From positions 1 through 64,000 of the forward strand of contig VJWM01000025.1 in NCBI GenBank assembly GCA_010909165.1: a DNA stretch of 64,000 bases. Reading direction: 5' to 3'. The position numbers and the translations under genes are program-made. This DNA is from Anthoceros angustus. Its lineage: Eukaryota > Plantae > Anthocerotophyta. Below, piece after piece: positions 60,847-64,000 of the stretch (the first letter of the stretch is position 1; every line of letters starts with the position of its first letter). The notes under the pieces are model-generated. The model did no database searches, was not told the origin of the DNA, and saw only the letters and a program-made list of their open reading frames with translations.

Positions 60847-63013
60847 ATGGTTTGCCTCGCATCTTCTGCCACCTTCTCCCCACAATGCTGGTATTTGGAT
60901 TCAGGAGCTACATCTCACATCTGTAATGATAAGTCATTGCTCAGCCATTTTCGGTCATCTAAAACCTCAGACAAAGTACTGTTGGGCGATGAGCTTACCC
61001 GTACAGGTTTGCAGATAGAAGGTTCTGGCTCATGTCGTTTCTCTCTGCATGATGACTCAGTCCTTCACCTGGATAATGTCCTCTATGTGCCACGAATGGC
61101 TAAACACCTGCTTTCTGTTAGCCAACTTATGTCCTTACGCACATTTGACTTGCTCTTCACTTCTTCCCGCTGTGAGCTTAAGAAGAGGGGGGAGGGAGGT
61201 CAGGTTGTTGCTACAGGACACATAGTCCATGACTTGTACCAGCTTGATTTAAAGGCCATACCTGTAGACGCCGTCCATGTTGCTCAACCTTCACAAGCTG
61301 CCCAAGCCAGTCTCTGGCATGCACGCTTAGGTCACGCCAATCGTGACAAGCTTATTCAGATGTCCCACCAAACCTGCTATCGAGAACAGCTGCCAAGATG
61401 TTTTAAAGACTTGCCTTTATGTGATGCTTGTGTCATAGCCAAACAAAAGGAAGTGCCTTTTCCAAAACAGGCAGCACATCGAGCTTCACAGGTGCTGGAG
61501 CTGGTGCATGCAGATATTTCTGGCAAGATACACATACCTTCTTTGGGAGGAGCCCTGTACTATTTTACACTTACCGATGATTTTAGTCGGTATTCTTGGA
61601 CCTATCCCATGCGTCTCAAGACAGAAACTTTTGAGCTTTTCCAAGAGTGGTCATGATTGTTCAGAGATGTATGTTGTCTTCATGCGATGATAATGGCACC
61701 GAGTTTACTCATGGCCATTTCAATCAGTTTCTTCTTGATCAAGGGATACTTCGCCAGTTGATTGTGCCCTACACTCAGCAACAGAACGGGGTTGCTGAGC
61801 GACGTAACCAAACCCTGCTTGGTATGACACGCAGCATGTTAGAATGGTCTGGTCTCAGCAAAGCCTACTGGGCTGAAGGGGTGGTCACAGCAACTTATAT
61901 TCTCAATCGTCTACTTACCCGTGCTGTGGACGGCATGACTCCTTATGAGGTTATTTGGCGGCGAAAACCTAGCATCCTTCACCTTCGTGTTTTTGGTTCT
62001 CCAGCGTATGTCTATGTACCTGCGGAGAAGAGGAAGAAGTTAGATAATCGTGCTAAACCCCTGATTTTTGTGGGCTATGTGAAGAAGCTAAGGCATACAA
62101 GTTTTATGATCCAGTCACTAAGACAGCCGTGTTTGCAAGGAGTGTTACTTTCTTCGAGCTTACAAGTCCAGCAAGCCATATTTCGATTACGTATCACATA
62201 CCCAACCAACATGTTTTAAATGCCCCAGATGACGAGGATCCGTCTGAGTTTCCACAAGATGATTTTTAAGGCAGATGGTATGATCGCTCGCCAGGCCTCC
62301 TCGTGCACCTCGCTTATGCCGATCTCCATTCAGCTCCACCAAGACGACACAATAACGGCTGAAATGGCAGAGGATGCTCTAGACCTACCAACAGTTGAAC
62401 CTGCTCACGTCCTCGCAGATGACTTACCCCATTTGGGTTCACTTGAACATCAGGAGGCTGAATTTCAACACCCAGATGAGCACTTTCGGTGGTGAAGATA
62501 ATGCAAGAGACGTCAGATCAATTCGTTGCAGATGACGATGATGAGCCACTCCCTGTCCCTCCAGTTGAGCCGATATCCTACCCGTGAGAGACTGCCACCT
62601 GCCCAGTGGAAGGAGCCTCCTTATCAATCTGTTGATTTCAGGCGTCCTAGGGCCGGTGTATCTCTCAAGCATGATCCACCTGAGCTGTCTTTCCTTAAGC
62701 CTGAGCCCAGGACCTATACCGAAGCTACTACTGGCGCTGATAAGGCATACTGGATACCATCCATTAAGGACGAGTATGATTCCCTTATCAAAAATGGTAC
62801 CTGGGAACTCTGTCCATTGCCTGCAGACCGCAAAGTTGTTAGCTGCAAATGGATATTCAAGCACAAACTTAATGAAAAAGGGGAAATCGCCAGGTACAAG
62901 TCTCGTCTCGTTGCCAGGGGTTTCACCCAAGTTCCTGGTGTCGATTATACAGACACTTTCAGTCCTGTCGTTAAAACCCAATCTGTCAGGATGATTCTCG
63001 CTCTTGCAGCAGC
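60847..63013 (+). pseudogene. Copia pol: protease, GAG-pre-integrase, integrase, RT N-terminus
   Basis: WYLDSGATSHIC; LWHARLGH; LELVHADISG; DNGTEF; QQNGVAERRN; KNGTWEL..CKWIFK..YKSRLVARGFTQ..DTFSPV. Confidence 0.93.
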
Positions 63014-64000
63014 CACTACTAGGAAAAGGATACTTTTACAACGGAAATTACAACGGGCATTACAACGCCTTTACTAAGTCTGTAGTAAAAACCCCCGTAG
63101 TAAACACACCTTAGTAATATCCATAGTAAAAGTATATACGCATACGAGGGCTATATTATGTATTGAATACGGTATTGTCCAACCCATACGGTATTGTCCA
63201 ACCCATACGGTGTATGGCTTGGATGGTCCGTACACTGGTTAAACTTTACAACGGAACCCCTTTACAGCGGACATTACTACGGTACACTTACAACGCATTT
63301 TACAACTTCAATAACCATGGTTAATATACTAGAGTTAAGTACTGTTGACCGCAGTTTATTAACTGGGGTTAAGTAACTGGATTCCGATTACCACAAACTA
63401 GTTGGCGTTAGTTAACCATGATTAACCTAACTGAATGGCCGTTGTAATCGTGCGTAACTTTCGCACGAGCCCTGTTGTAATAAGTATGTACCTTTACAAC
63501 GGACCTTGTTGTAAATGGACCCTGGTGTACAGGGTTCGTTTAAAAGTAGCTTTTCATTTACAACGAAACCCGTTGTAAAAGGCTCTCGTTGTAAAGTTTC
63601 GGGAGTAGAGATAGGGGTCCGTTGTAAACTGAATGCGTTGCAATGAAGCAAGTTTGTTGTAAAATCTACAGAGGTCTGTTGTAAAAAACTCCACTACCGC
63701 TATCTTGGCAAAGCCTACTACACCATGCATCCTACAATCGGTAGTAGATTAGTTTGTCAAGCGGCCTCCATTTGACAAAGAATCGCCAACCCTCTTTCAC
63801 AAACATACAACTGCATGAACAAAGCCCACATAACGAGATGAACTTCAACAATTACGGTTGAAGATTACATGAAATTACAGTGGAAGTGCAAGCTCTATTG
63901 TCTGACCTGAACTATGGTGAGGCTTTCTTAGCCTTTTTCGCAACTGTCCGGGGAAGAAGATGTTCCACCATGAAACCTTCATCCCGGACCCTCTTCTTCA
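63014..64000. mobile_element. Left end of a CACTA transposon
   Basis: Begins CACTACTAGGAAAAGG where the Copia RT homology stops; many direct and inverted ttacaacg/cgttgtaa subterminal repeats at 63035-63690. Confidence 0.85.

Larger units (their letters stand above)
58171..63013 (+). mobile_element. Second Ty1/Copia element (5' LTR ~58171-58861, PBS, pol), interrupted in RT
   Basis: TGTCAA...TTGACA candidate LTR followed directly by TGGTATCAGAGC; PR-IN-RT order. Confidence 0.85.

Overview
Repeat-rich eukaryotic plant nuclear DNA, most likely from a hornwort or a similar early land plant (inferred from DYW:KP 'GRP'-type PPR genes). The left third holds a minus-strand cluster of PLS-class PPR genes. 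Two near-complete copies (4565-7590, 13559-~17650) end in a KPAxA...HAEKLA...CSDCH...GRP deaminase-like domain, the class linked to U-to-C organellar RNA editing, and there are leader and fragment relics. These proteins carry N-terminal OSB-type 'PDF' ssDNA-binding motifs. Their near-identical PPR triplets vary recurrently at the base-specifying code residues. The rest of the window is transposon: a PIF/Harbinger element (18582-22090) and a nested stack. The stack is a chromodomain Ty3/Gypsy element with AGT...ACT termini and a CATA TSD (22130-57136), holding a Ty1/Copia element (~26806-56252). The Copia RT is split by a 6-kb TG...CA insertion (28172-34162, ATGCT TSD) and an 18-kb CCCTA-ended En/Spm element (34207-52193, TGT TSD). 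A second Copia element follows, truncated by a CACTA element at the window end. Pervasive small deletions and about eight 0.5-1.2 kb microhomology-joined duplications suggest long-read consensus or assembly errors, so the frameshifts may not be real.
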